Shown here piece by piece: positions 1 to 11,689 of a DNA stretch of 55,041 bases. A model generated the notes under the pieces. That model had not been told where the DNA came from and ran no database searches. It was given only the letters and a program-made list of their open reading frames with translations. Numbering within the stretch: position 1 is the first letter of the stretch; every line of letters starts with the position of its first letter. Source of the DNA: Macrostomum lignano (Eukaryota); the NCBI GenBank assembly GCA_002269645.1, contig NIVC01000661.1, forward strand, positions 149,795 through 204,835, written 5' to 3'. The position numbers and the translations under genes were made by a program.

Positions 1-109
1 CTTTTCGGCGCTATGAATTTTTGAGCTTGTGAAAGCAGCCCCTTTACTAGCTACTCATGAGTAGGCGGTAGGCATAATTCCTTAATCATTACACCGCAGC
101 TCTACTAAC

Positions 110-3100
110 CTGAATCGACCGCAGCACGGAGTTGATCTCCTGCTCTCTCTGCTGCACCAACGCCGTGTTGTCCTCAACCAGCTGTAGGGCGAAGCCTCGG
201 TCGATGAACTCCGACAGGCCGTCATCGTCGGCGCCGGACAGACCGCCGCTGCCACCACCCGAGGAGGAGGCGGCGGCGGCCGCGGCTGCGGCAGTCGACA
301 GACCGGAGGAAGCCGAGCGGTCCTCGCGTGACTTCAGACGGCGCAGGTAGCCGGACTGGGAGGCGCGAATTCGCTGCTCATGTCCTGCAGAGTGCGAGCC
401 AGCGCCCTGCGGGGGTGCTGGGGTTCAGTAGGTGAGGTGTGGGGTTCAGTAGGTGGGGTGTGGGTTTCAATAGGTGGGGTGTGGGGTTCAGTAGATGGGG
501 TGTGGGTTTCAATAGATGGGGTGTGGGGTTCAGTAGATGGGGTGTGGGTTTCAATAGGTGTGGGGTTCAGTAGATGGGGTGTGGGTTTCAATAGGTGGGT
601 GTGGGGTTCAGTAGATGGGGTGTGGGTTTCAATAGGTGGGGTGTGGGGTTCAGTAGATGGGTGTGGGTTTCAATAGGTGGGGTGTGGGGTTCAGTAGATG
701 GGGTGTGGGTTTCAATAGGTGGGGTTTGGGGTTCAGTAGATGGGGTGTGGGTTTCAATAGGTGGGGTGTGGGGTTCAGTAGGTGGGGTGTGGGGTTCAGT
801 AGGTGGTGTGTGGGGTTCAGTAGATGGGGTGTGGGGTTCAGTAGGTGGGGTGTGGGGTTCAGTAGATGGGGTGTGGGTTTCAATAGGTGGGGTTTGGGGT
901 TCAGTAGATGGGGTGTGGGTTTCAATAGGTGGGGTGTGGGGTTCAGTAGGTGGGGTGTGGGGTTCAGTAGGTGGTGTGTGGGGTTCAGTAGATGGGGTGT
1001 GGGGTTCAGTAGGTGGGGTGTGGGGTTCAGTGGGTGAGGTGTGGGGTTCAGTAGGCGGGTGTGGGTTTCAGTAGGTAGGATGTGGGTTTCAGTAGGTGGG
1101 GTGTGGTGTTCAGTAGGTGGGGTGTAGGGTTCAGTAGGTGGAGTGTCGGGTTGAGGAGTAGGTAAAGTACTAGTCTTCCTAAGCACTTCTATTAAAAAGA
1201 AAATCTATCCTCCTCAATGAATCAAGGGCTAGATCCCAAAAAACTAAAATCACGCCCTACCAATCCCAGATCCCAAATTCCTAAATCCGAGTTTGCAAAA
1301 CATATGACTTTGCAATCAATCAATACCTAGTAATTACCTGCTGAATATTGCAGCCAAACTGACTGCCGCTGGCCGATCGCTGGCCTTCCAGAGCTTTCAG
1401 TTTTCTGTGGCACCGACCGAACGCGTCAGTGAGCTGCTTGGTGGCGTCCTGGATGCGCTGCTCTTCTTCGACGGTGTCGTCGAGGGACGGCCTGCGGGAG
1501 TACCGGGTGTTGATTGGGGACTGTAAAATCGGGACTCTCATGCTGTAAAATCGGGACTCTCATGCTGTTAAATCGGGACTCTCATGCTGTGAAACTGGGA
1601 CTTTTATTGCTATGAAATCGGGACTCTCATACTGTGAAATTGGGACTCTCATGCTGTGAAATCGGGACTCTCATACTGTGAAATCGGGACTCTCATACTG
1701 TGAAATCGGGACTCTCATACTTGGGAAATCGGGACTCCATGCTTGGGAACTCGGGACTCTCATACTTGGGAAATCGGGACTCTCATTCTTGGGAAATCGG
1801 GACTCTCATTCTTGGGAAATCGGGACTCTCATTCTTGGGAAATCGGGACTTTCATACTTGGGAAATCGGGACTCTCATACTTGGGAAATCGGATTCTCAT
1901 ACTTTAGAAATCGGACTCACTCAAGATTCTCATACTGTAAAATGGATACTTATACTTGCAACATCTTGACTCACTCAAGATTCTCATACTGTAAAATGGA
2001 TACTTATACTTGCAATAATCACCTGTTCAGGTGCTTGTCGTGCATCTGGGCCAGCTCCCTCATTTTCGCTCGAATCCGGTCAAAGTCATACTGCATTTCT
2101 TCGTAGCTGTGGACAACTTCTGGCACAGCGGTACCCTGGGCGCCCGGGCCGCTGCCAGACTCCGTGTCGTGACTGTCCCGACGCGAGATCAATGGTTTGT
2201 CATCACCAACGCGCTGCTTGGAGGATTGGAAAGAAGTTAATCAGTGAGTTAAGTCTCGTGATCTCCGACTCGAACCCCAAACCTCACTATCCAGCCCTGC
2301 TAAACTGCCAATCAAAAAGTAGTCTACTAGAGAGTTAAAGCCTCAAAACAGGCCACTTTAAAAGTAATCAGTCAACGTACTTGGCAACATGTAAATTAGC
2401 AAGTCCAGTGTCTGCTCATATCAGCAGTACCTGCCTCTCACCTATCTGTCATAGTGACTGTCATAGCTAGTTGGTTTAATATTGTTTGGCTACTTTTAGA
2501 CTTTGGACTTTTAGGCTTTATTGAGTTTAGTGTATTATTTACATAATATATAGTTTTCTAAATCAGTTTTGTCATGCTTTTTTAATAAGCCACATATATT
2601 AAGGTGGTTCACTCTAGTCAACAGTCAACCCCACTTGTTTCTTTTGAGCTGCCATCTATCAACAAATATTAAAAGCAGAGACATCAAGATTTCATTGTTA
2701 GTAGCTGTTGGAACCTTAAGCTTTCTTATATAGCTTACTTATAGGAAGTGAATTGACTTATCTTGTATATATATTATCTATGGCTTTTTATTCTCATAAA
2801 TAATAGCTTTTACATACTCGTAGTAATGAAGCTTGTATTAGAAATTTGTTATGCAGTTTATATAATTTTATTTTTGCAATGGATATCTTAATTGTCATTT
2901 TCTTAGCTTGCAATAAAAAAGAAACTATCAGCATCATCTAGATTATATTCTATATAATTTAATTGCTTATATCAAGACATCAAACATCATATATATCAAA
3001 CATTGGTATTGATGCTTATAATTGCAATATAAGGATTATAATTGCAATATTGCAATATACTTTTTATATTGGAGGATCTTTCAGTATTATCATCAGTATG

Positions 3101-6030
3101 ACTGTTCCTTAAGTTTTCTAGGTGAACTTCACCATGAGCATTTCTTCTATATCTAATATCTATAAAGAATAGTCTTTGCCTTTGAAAAAATCTTATTTGT
3201 ATGAAACAAGATTCTCTATTGTTGCCACATTTTTAGGCAGCAGTGACAGGACATGGCATTAAGATTTCCCAGAAGCTTTTTAAGCGCCACCTGCAAGAAA
3301 AAGTCCTAGATGGTGGATGTAATTTGTCAATTCTAAGAGACTACAATGAGAATTGTGCCATACATGTTAATTGACAAGTCTTGCACCTGACCAATGATAG
3401 AAAAAGCTTGGTTACATATTGGCTCTGTCTTATGTGCAGAAGGAAATGGCTATTGGTGCAGCTTTATTTTATCTATGTCGGAGCTTCCTTTTAATGAAGA
3501 TATTGACTGACTTTCCAGAAGCAGCATGAGCATGTTGGCCACAAACTAGCAACCAGAAGAGCAGATATGCGACATCACTGGCAACATGGTTCTGAAGATG
3601 CTTAAGTCTTTGTTCAACAAGAAAGTACTCAACCAGGAACCAGTGCAATACAAACTTATGAAGATTTGATTAAGAAATGACACCTGCTGCCTTGCTATCA
3701 TTTATCACAGTTTTTTAAAGCAGTTGCTAAGGAAGATAAAGAAAATGACATTGTCCACAACCTTAAAATCCTACACAACACATGGAGGACCTCAATGCCA
3801 TAGCATGGCAATGTAATTGCTTGGTTCATTCAACATATCTGTTTCCCTATTGCTAGAATGCTGTACTGTAGCTTTCAATTTAAACTGAATGACACCTGTT
3901 CACCTAGATGCCACTGGAGGCATTCTGTTCTATCCAGGTGCACTTCTCCTAATACCCTTCTCTGCAGTGCAGTTGTATCAATTTGCAGAGTCTATTAAAG
4001 CTGTGCCTATCATAGAATTCATTCTTGAGGTTACAAAGATTAAAGATATAGCCCATTGGCTGGACAACTTGTGCCTAAACTTTTCTCACTACAAGAATCA
4101 AGGTGTATGGCAAGTAGGTAGTCATGGCCCTTAGTTGTATGTCTGTGATTGCAGCTGAGTTTTCATAAATGCAGCTCTACACTCATTTGCTAAGGTGGCT
4201 ATATTGTCATATATCAATTTGCAGTTTAAAAGAATAACAAAAGCTTGCATTTTCTACTTAACAATCTGATCCTATTGAAAAGGGCAAGAAATTGATTTCT
4301 TAATATAAAGTTGGCATTGAAAAAGCGCATGCAAAGATGCTTATTGTATGTTTTTACTTTTTGGAGCAAGATTTCATTGAAACATCTGAGGATTTTTTTG
4401 GCATCTAGTACAAAAATAGCAGCATGCTTAAAAAGTGATATTCATACAAGCTCTTGAAGCCCAATGTTATGCCTACACTTTTTCTTAATATATCTAAATA
4501 ATTGTCAATGACTTGATAGCAAAATTTGGCCTTCATGTGGGCTGTTCTAGAGCTGCTACCGTTTTGCAATATTTATTGTACTTGTCCATTGCAATCATTA
4601 ATTGTAAGCTCAATTAGGCTAAAATATATATCTTGTTTGTACGTACACTCACCCAAATTTATTAATCACCCCACCCCATATTGCACTCAATCATATCGTA
4701 CACTCATTCACCTTTAAATATCAACCTAAAGTATCTTGCTCAAAATATACTCTTCATTTTTATCGCTTATAGCTAAATGTCTCAATGTCCATATAGTTAT
4801 TCTAATAACCATAGGCCCAAGTTCCCTCAATGAGGTTTGTATGGTTGTATGGTATGTTTGGGTCAACAAAATGCAAGTTAACTGTCACTGGTGGTTTGGC
4901 AGTGTTATATGCCTGCTAGCCATCTGTTATGATGCGTGACCCTAGTAGAATAAAATACGCAATGATAGGGAGCATGGTGACAGCCAGTGGTCTGGAACAA
5001 CCACTATCATGCACTTTTTTGAACCACGCTCCACCATGCCAAGCACCCACTGACCAGGTTGGAAGGCACCCTGATGAAACGTACAATGCATGAAGTAGGA
5101 CTCATCAACCTCCATATCAATACCAAGGCCACCTGTGTCAGCTTAGCTAATTCTGCCAATGGCATGTTTCTCTCAGTCAGCTTGATGGTATTGTATAGCA
5201 AGTTTGGATTAACAATAAATGATGGTGCTACTAGGTGGCCTCCTGGCATGGTGTTATGGCTAGACTTAAAGGTTGGTTAATGGTCTTAGCAAGAATTAAT
5301 TAGCAGCAAAAACATAAGTCTAGGTGCTCAGACTTCCCCTTCCTCTAACCAACTCATCCCTTTGGACCACAGACACTCCCAACAAGAATCAGTGCCACAT
5401 TAGACAATGTATATTGGATTTGTACTTTTTGTTTTGCAATTCAACCTTGTACTTTTTAGTTAGCAATAGCAACTCCCTTTGTCTACCATGCTCTTTCCCA
5501 CAGATAATCCCAGCCATTAATTTACCACAAATACTATTTTAGCTAACCTGTTCAGTCACTATTGTAGTAAAAATATAAGTTTAATTTGCACCCTTCACTT
5601 CTTTTTTGCAGAATTTTGCCCCACTCAGTCTAGAGATGAAAAAAAGTGTTTAAAAACAAAGTTGTTAATTTTACTGTTTTAATAGCTTAGGGGATGTCCA
5701 AACATGCCAAAATCAGTTTCTAAAGTGGAGAAATGCGAAAAACATTAAAAAATAGTTTACCAAATGTTCAAGAAGATTGCCTATAATTTCATAACAATGG
5801 AAAAAGGTCCTTAATTCATTAATTGTTGCAACATAAAAAGGTCTTTTACTGTCACAGTAAAAAAGACATGGCGCATATACTGGACAGAAGATTTATGTAA
5901 AAAAGGAGTAATAAATAATTATATTATTATTAATATTTAGTAAACTTACATTGTCACTGTAAAAGCTTCTGTGTCGCACAGCATTGTCTCTCATAAGAAT
6001 GAATATGCTCGTTGAATTGCGAGTAACCAT
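110..6030 (-). CDS. STX16: Syntaxin-16 (Qa-SNARE), partial; exons 5950-6030, 2023-2216 (or 2213), 1338-1491, 110-406; continues beyond the left edge
   Basis: Exon 1 reads MVTRNSTSIFILMRDNAVRHRSFYSDN then GTAAGT (STX16 N-peptide pattern MATRxLTxxFLLxRNN). Later exons give EEMQYDFDRIRAKMRELAQMHDKHLN/RPSLDDTVEEEQRIQDATKQLTDAFGRCHRKL, then RASQSGYLRRLKSREDRS and LQLVEDNTALVQQREQEINSVLRSIQ (start of the SNARE motif). All junctions are GT-AG with consistent phases. A short frame anomaly lies at 370-406. Confidence 0.93.
420..1140. repeat. 21-bp G-rich minisatellite GGGGTGTGGGGTTCAGTAGAT / GGGGTGTGGGTTTCAATAGGT
   Basis: Direct tandem units filling most of STX16 intron 407-1337. Confidence 0.97.
1520..2012. 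repeat. About 22-bp minisatellite AAATCGGGACTCTCATACTGTG
   Basis: Tandem units filling STX16 intron 1492-2022. Confidence 0.95.
3340..3830 (+). pseudogene. Possible heavily decayed hAT (Buster/Charlie-like) transposase fragment in STX16 intron 1
   Basis: Broken frames give NMVLKMLKSLFNKKVLNQ and LKILHNTW...HGNVIAWF, loosely like VxxVVKxVNxIxxxALNH and LLxHxxVRWLSRGxVLxRF. Many stops and shifts. Confidence 0.25.
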
Positions 6031-6340
6031 TTCTATGTAGAGTTAATGTCAAAGTCAATGTAGACAACTTTAATTTGTTTAGTAGGATAGGCTAACTAAG
6101 ATCGACTTACAATACAATACATACAGTTAGTCACGAAAATTCGTCTTATTAAATAAATTTAAGCAAATCCGTACTAGATATCGCACAGTAATTTTTCAGT
6201 CTAGTTTTCCAGATTAAGAGATAAAAAACTAAGTTAATTATCATTCATTCTATTACAGAAAATGCAGGCGAACGAATGCACAACTGTAATAATTGTCGGA
6301 GGCTTTTCGTTTTTTCGTAGAAAAAGGAATCTGAAAAGTG
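6031..6340. promoter_or_regulatory. Probable bidirectional promoter between STX16 (minus) and a plus-strand first exon, probably of TIMM10
   Basis: STX16 ATG at 6030 on minus. A strong plus-strand donor AAGT|GTAAGT lies at 6340. CpG is locally retained inside an otherwise CpG-poor AT-rich block. Confidence 0.5.
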
Positions 6341-7483
6341 TAAGTATAATTAAATAAACTTATAAATAGTAAAGTTAAAAAGTAAACTAAATAGTACAGC
6401 AATAATTTACAAATTGTGTAAACGCTTCATAGAAAATTATGAATGATAATAATGTTATATAAATTGTTGAAACCTTGGTTGTTTGGACCAGGTTATTGTA
6501 ATCTAGTTTAAAAGAGAAAAAACATTGCTTTTCTAAGAAAAACGTTCTATTAGGTAATTGTGTTGTTTGTTAGTTGGTTAGCCGCGTAGGCCTAGCATAT
6601 GTCACTGCAGATTTAGAGGAATAATTTTTCTCATATTGATCACATATACATGAAAAAATATATATTAGCAACTCATTATTAGTAATGGGTTATAACTTGA
6701 ATAAGAAAAAAATCTGATCAGACAGTACAAGTTTTATAAAAATCGATTGAGCCATTTTTTAAGACAAATCAATAACATAGTCATAGATAGGCCTACCTTT
6801 ATGGATTGGAGTTGGAGTCGTTGGACGATATCACATTTTTGACACTCAATATTCTATCTATCAATGCAAATATTGTTATTTGTTGAATGTGGACTATGAG
6901 GATTGAGGAATATAAAAGAAAAAACAATGATTATTTAATATTCAGCTTGTTATGCCTATGGCTATGGTAATAACTTGGTATATGCCTATGTCTATGCTAT
7001 GTTATATTAGATATGAGTATAATATAATAATATTGAGTAAGAAACTTTTGGTTCCAATATTGCAATAAAACTAAAAGTAATTTTCAAAGTTCTAGCACTT
7101 CACTTGTTCTAATCTAATAGTAATACCAGTACTTGTTAATTTGTTAAGAAAATAACTTTTAAATACTTTTATTATCATTTATCAGTATTGTATTTTCAAA
7201 TTATAAAAAAGTGCCACAAAGTGCTTAAATATTTTTTTGAAAAAAAACTAAAAATTTATGTTGGTCTTACTCAAGTCCAATATATATAATGTATATGTAG
7301 TTAGTCCTCAAATAAAAATGTTGCATATTTTTTTGTTTTTTGTATAGGCCTACAAAACATAAGTAAAGGAATAAAAAATTTCACTTTTAATCTACAATAG
7401 GCCTATTTTAGCAATTGTATATACAAAGATGCTATAGGCCTACACTTTTGCTATGTCTATGATTTGTGAAATAACTTCTAGAA

Positions 7484-9161
7484 GGCAATTCCATGAATGG
7501 GTCACCACTAGGACAAAAATTAAAAAATTGTTGAATAATGACAACTTTATGTTTATAATATAGTTAAACATGTATATTTTTGTCCTTTTTATTTTTTTTT
7601 AATCTGCTGCCTTTTTTCATTTGATTTTTTGCTCCCAATGTGCATACCCTTCACCCGGACCTAAATATAATGCTTTTCTTATAACAAATATAATTTCATT
7701 CCCTGGCTGTTTGGTATTTCATTGAGCCATACTTTTTTCTATACGTTAAGTGTGTCTTTTGCAGCTTATTGCAATCTTTCTTTTTAATGTAAAGTTCATA
7801 GGACAATGAATATTGGACTTCAAAGTTTAAAAACTGTAGTACAGCCACGACTGTCACAAAAAAATCTAAAAAGTTTTTTCTTGGCTTTCCTGTAAGACCT
7901 ACTATTGTAAAAATGCACAAAAAATTAGTCTTTCATGTGTACTTTTATTTGGTAAAGTTTAGTTCACATAAGTCTTAAGGGCTAATAGAAAAAAGTCTGC
8001 AAAGTTAGCTACGACCATCACAAGAATTTTGTATCTAATGACACTATGGTATACCAGCTGGTATACTTTCATATCATCTTCTTTTACGAATTGAAATCAA
8101 GTTAAAGGCATTATTAAACTTTCAATGTATCATATATTCAGTTTTGCAGCATCTTCAGCCCCCCACACCCAAGAACAATCGTGGGCACTTTGAGTTCCCC
8201 ATCCCATTTTGAGTTTGACTATAATTTGTATCCCAACTGGGTGGCTATATGTCTGCAGCTGTCTGATTAAATAACTGTTCACTATTGGTTTGTATCTGCC
8301 CCTGACTATGCGTGACTAAATGCCTTTGACTTTGTTCACCTGGGCTAATGATTGTTCACCCAACTACTGTTCATTTAGCTGTCAGCATTTTGCTGTTCCC
8401 CAGTTGCTCATAGCAGTTACTTTCCTAGTAGTCAATTTACCATTTTCTAATTCAAATGCATTTTTCTAACTCATTTTATAGTTAAACTGCACACATGTTT
8501 TAACATTGGATTAGCGCCATTTACCAGATGGATGCCAGGGGTCGCTTGATGGGATAGCCAACTGGGGTCATTGTCCAGCAGCCTTCCATTGGAAGCTCCA
8601 ACGATGACCCCCATAATAACGATTTTAGTCACTTATAATTACTGTTGAAATACGTAACATTGGTGTACAATTTGAATTATGACCTTTAGTAGTCTTTTTT
8701 TGTTTGTGTTACATGCAGTTTTCAATTTTTCCGAGTTGGTTAGAGTGGGTAAATTGAAGGCTACGACCGTCATGCTACGACTGTCACAACAAAAAATAAT
8801 CATAAAAATTAATACAAAAAAAGTACTACGCCTAGCTTTGTCTCTTTTTTTTCAAGGTGCTAGTGTTTTTTTATCAGAAACAGATCAATTTAGATACCTA
8901 AGCAGTTGTAATTCTCAGGATTTAATATTCTTTTTTTTCCAATTGCACCTGTGCTCAATTCTGTGGCTACGACCGTCACGCCCACTAAATTGTGTCCCAT
9001 TTGTTTAAAATAAATTTCTGTGTGCAGAAATGTTTGTTTTCCCTAGACTGCATTACAGAATTGTTCTTTTGAGACAAAAAACCTCTAGTATAAGTATTTT
9101 TTTGTGTCAGAATTAAAGTTCAAAGTCATCAAGCTACGACCGTCACACTCATGGAATTGCC
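7484..9161. mobile_element. Decayed DNA transposon with short TIRs
   Basis: 13-bp inverted termini GGCAATTCCATGA (7484-7496) and TCATGGAATTGCC (9149-9161). Internal repeated motif CTACGACCGTCAC or variants near 7845, 8008, 8761, 8967 and 9134. No clear TSD, so superfamily is unassigned. Confidence 0.5.
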
Positions 9162-11207
9162 CTAGATATCAATTTTCTAATGTTGATTTAGACTCTTCAT
9201 AAGTAGGCCTATAGATAGAGCTGAGCTAAATAATTTTTGGCTAATGTTTAAAGGTATGTTAATGAGTAGAAAACTTTAGCTAACTTTAGTTTATATATTG
9301 CTTATTCTTATTGTTCCATTAATAGGCCTAGGACCTATTGCTCTATAGACCTTAAGCCCTTGAATTGCTTTGGTCACTGGTGCCTCTATGTTGCCTTTGA
9401 CCTAAACCATTGTCAAATCCTATTAGTTTTTGGTTCTCAATTATAAACAAGTTGCACTCATCCCTTTTAAGACTAAGAGGAACTTCTTTCACTGATTTCC
9501 TAATAAAAAAGGGTGGGCTACTAATGGCAAGACCCTGCCCTCTTCTTGACAAAGTCTTTAGAAGAATTTATAATAAAATTCTATCATGCAGTTCCTAAGA
9601 TCATCCAAATCAAGGGCTTAGGTTGGGATAAAACTAAGTCCTTTATCTAGCAACCTTGTCTTAGATTTAGAGAGTTTGAAGGTAAGGTATCAATTCAAAA
9701 TGTTGCCTTCTAGCTTGGGGGCCTATAGTAGTAAGCTAGTTGACAGTTCTTAGCCAGAATGCTAGCGCTAGTATAAAGTTAAGTGCTAAGAAAGATATAA
9801 TTAGTTTAAGAAGAGGTGAGACAATAAGAGTAATAGGTGAGAGTTTTTTACTTAGAATTTGAGTCAATTCTTCATCGCTGGCAAAAGGTAAAAAAAGAGA
9901 AAGAGGACAAGATAATCTCATGTGCATATCTAGAATATTCAAAGAGTTGTTTATTTAGGGTTAGTTTATACAATTTTATATTGTATATCATGTCTTAACC
10001 TCAAGGCATTTTTAGTCTATATACATTTAAGCACATATAGATAATTTCTATCAATTTGGCTATTATAGCATTATTTGCATATTATTAGGTGGTCATATAT
10101 AGCTGACATCTTTTGTTTATGTTCTTTATTTCTCAATTTTATAATAGATAGTTTTTTCTTAGATAATAATCTAGTTATCAATGCATTGAAATTAATAAGT
10201 CATTGTGTCAACATGCATATAAGGAGCAGGGAATACTCTTAAGTATGTTTTTTACAAATTGACCAATTTTTGCCACAGAAAATGACCATGAGCTTTGCAT
10301 TTTAATATTTATTAAACTTATAAGTTTTAGTATAATAAATATATTATAGGAAGATAGTCACAGTGGTATATATCATTCAAAATTAAATGAATAAGATAAG
10401 CATATAGCTAGAATTCATATCAGGGGGGACAGACCCCTGTTGTTGCCAATGGCCATTATTGCAGATAATGTCTAGCATAAATTGGCCCCTAGTAATGCAA
10501 GTGTAGTCTAGTGTAAGAAAGGTGGTATCTAGCATAGATCAAACCATAGGCTTAGTTACAATTTTAGACAAATGTATTTATCTAGATCTCCTTCATTATA
10601 AGACATAAAAATGAAATGTTTTCACATTGAATTGATAGCTGATACAATAAAATAAGTCTTGAAATCAGTAAAAGCAAATTTGATATAGTCTAAAAGTTCT
10701 GCAACTTCTGCGGAAGTGTAGCTTGTCAAAAAAAGTAGGAAAATAAATGTCAACTAAAACATAATACAAATGTTTCTTTTTAACCAACATATTTTGTCAA
10801 ACATAGACATTATCAGGCCAATTCAATTCATCTTAATTCAATGTACCATTATATTAAAGAATAAAAAACTGTATAGTCCAAAGGTAGGTCAAGACAGTCT
10901 AGTAGAATGTCAAAAAAATCCTGAGTATAAAACAGAGAGAGAAAGAGAAGAAATGTCATGGCATGTTTAAATTTTTTTGAATATGGTCTACCAGTTTCAA
11001 ACCTCTGGGCTCTTTTTTAGGCCATCTCTGATCCTCAGAGCAGCTAAATTGGTAAATAACGCCAGCCCTTTAGAGCAAGTGGAACAACTGACTTGAGCTT
11101 GCTAGCATAGCAACCAATCTTGAAGGGTTGCAAGACAGCAGCTGCAAGATTTGTTCATGTCATGAACCCTAACATTCACTCTACTGAAGGGTGGAGACAT
11201 GCAATTT

Positions 11208-11486
11208 TTACACTGGAGTCTTGGTCAGAAATGCCCTGAAATTCGCAAAAACCTGACCCGCATTCATGGTCCCAATTCCATTAGTCAACAAACAGTTTAC
11301 AGGTTGATCAAACAGTTTGAGTCTGGCTGTAGATATCAAAGGCCAACCACCACCTTTGGGTAAGTTGGCAAAACATACTGCTGGCCAGCCTCGAACTTGC
11401 AACTGTCTTGCAACTCTGTGCTTGATCAGTTGTACTTGTGGCTTTCTTCTGAGGAAGCACTTATAAAAATCGGACTTTCGTGGCAT
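11208..11486 (-). pseudogene. Possible non-LTR retrotransposon relic
   Basis: FANLPKGGGWPLI resembles the post-RT LPxxxGGLG motif. This is the only support. Confidence 0.2.
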
Positions 11487-11689
11487 AAAAGCTAAAATAA
11501 TCCGCTAACTTTTAAGGCATATGATTTTTTCGACACACATTAATACTTGTGGAAGCAAGCAAAAGTGACACTACTTCTGGGACACCCCTTGTATCTAAAT
11601 GGTAAATGGAAAAGCTAAATAAGTTATTAGGAATCTTATAAGTGACTCTATGAATCATTTGCAATTGCACTTGCCTTGTCAAAAATAGA

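Noticed and set aside
380-1186. Long ORFs in both directions (GVWGSVD and LLNPTPH repeats)
   Set aside because: Translations of the 21-bp intronic array; same for ORFs at 20911-21546, 29657-31304, 32850-34330, 35440-37505, 38258-38647, 39382-40436, 51189-51724 and 53061-54888.
5007-5280. Overlapping short ORFs as a retroelement RT fragment
   Set aside because: Resemblance to the MPFG motif is too weak and no YxDD motif was found.
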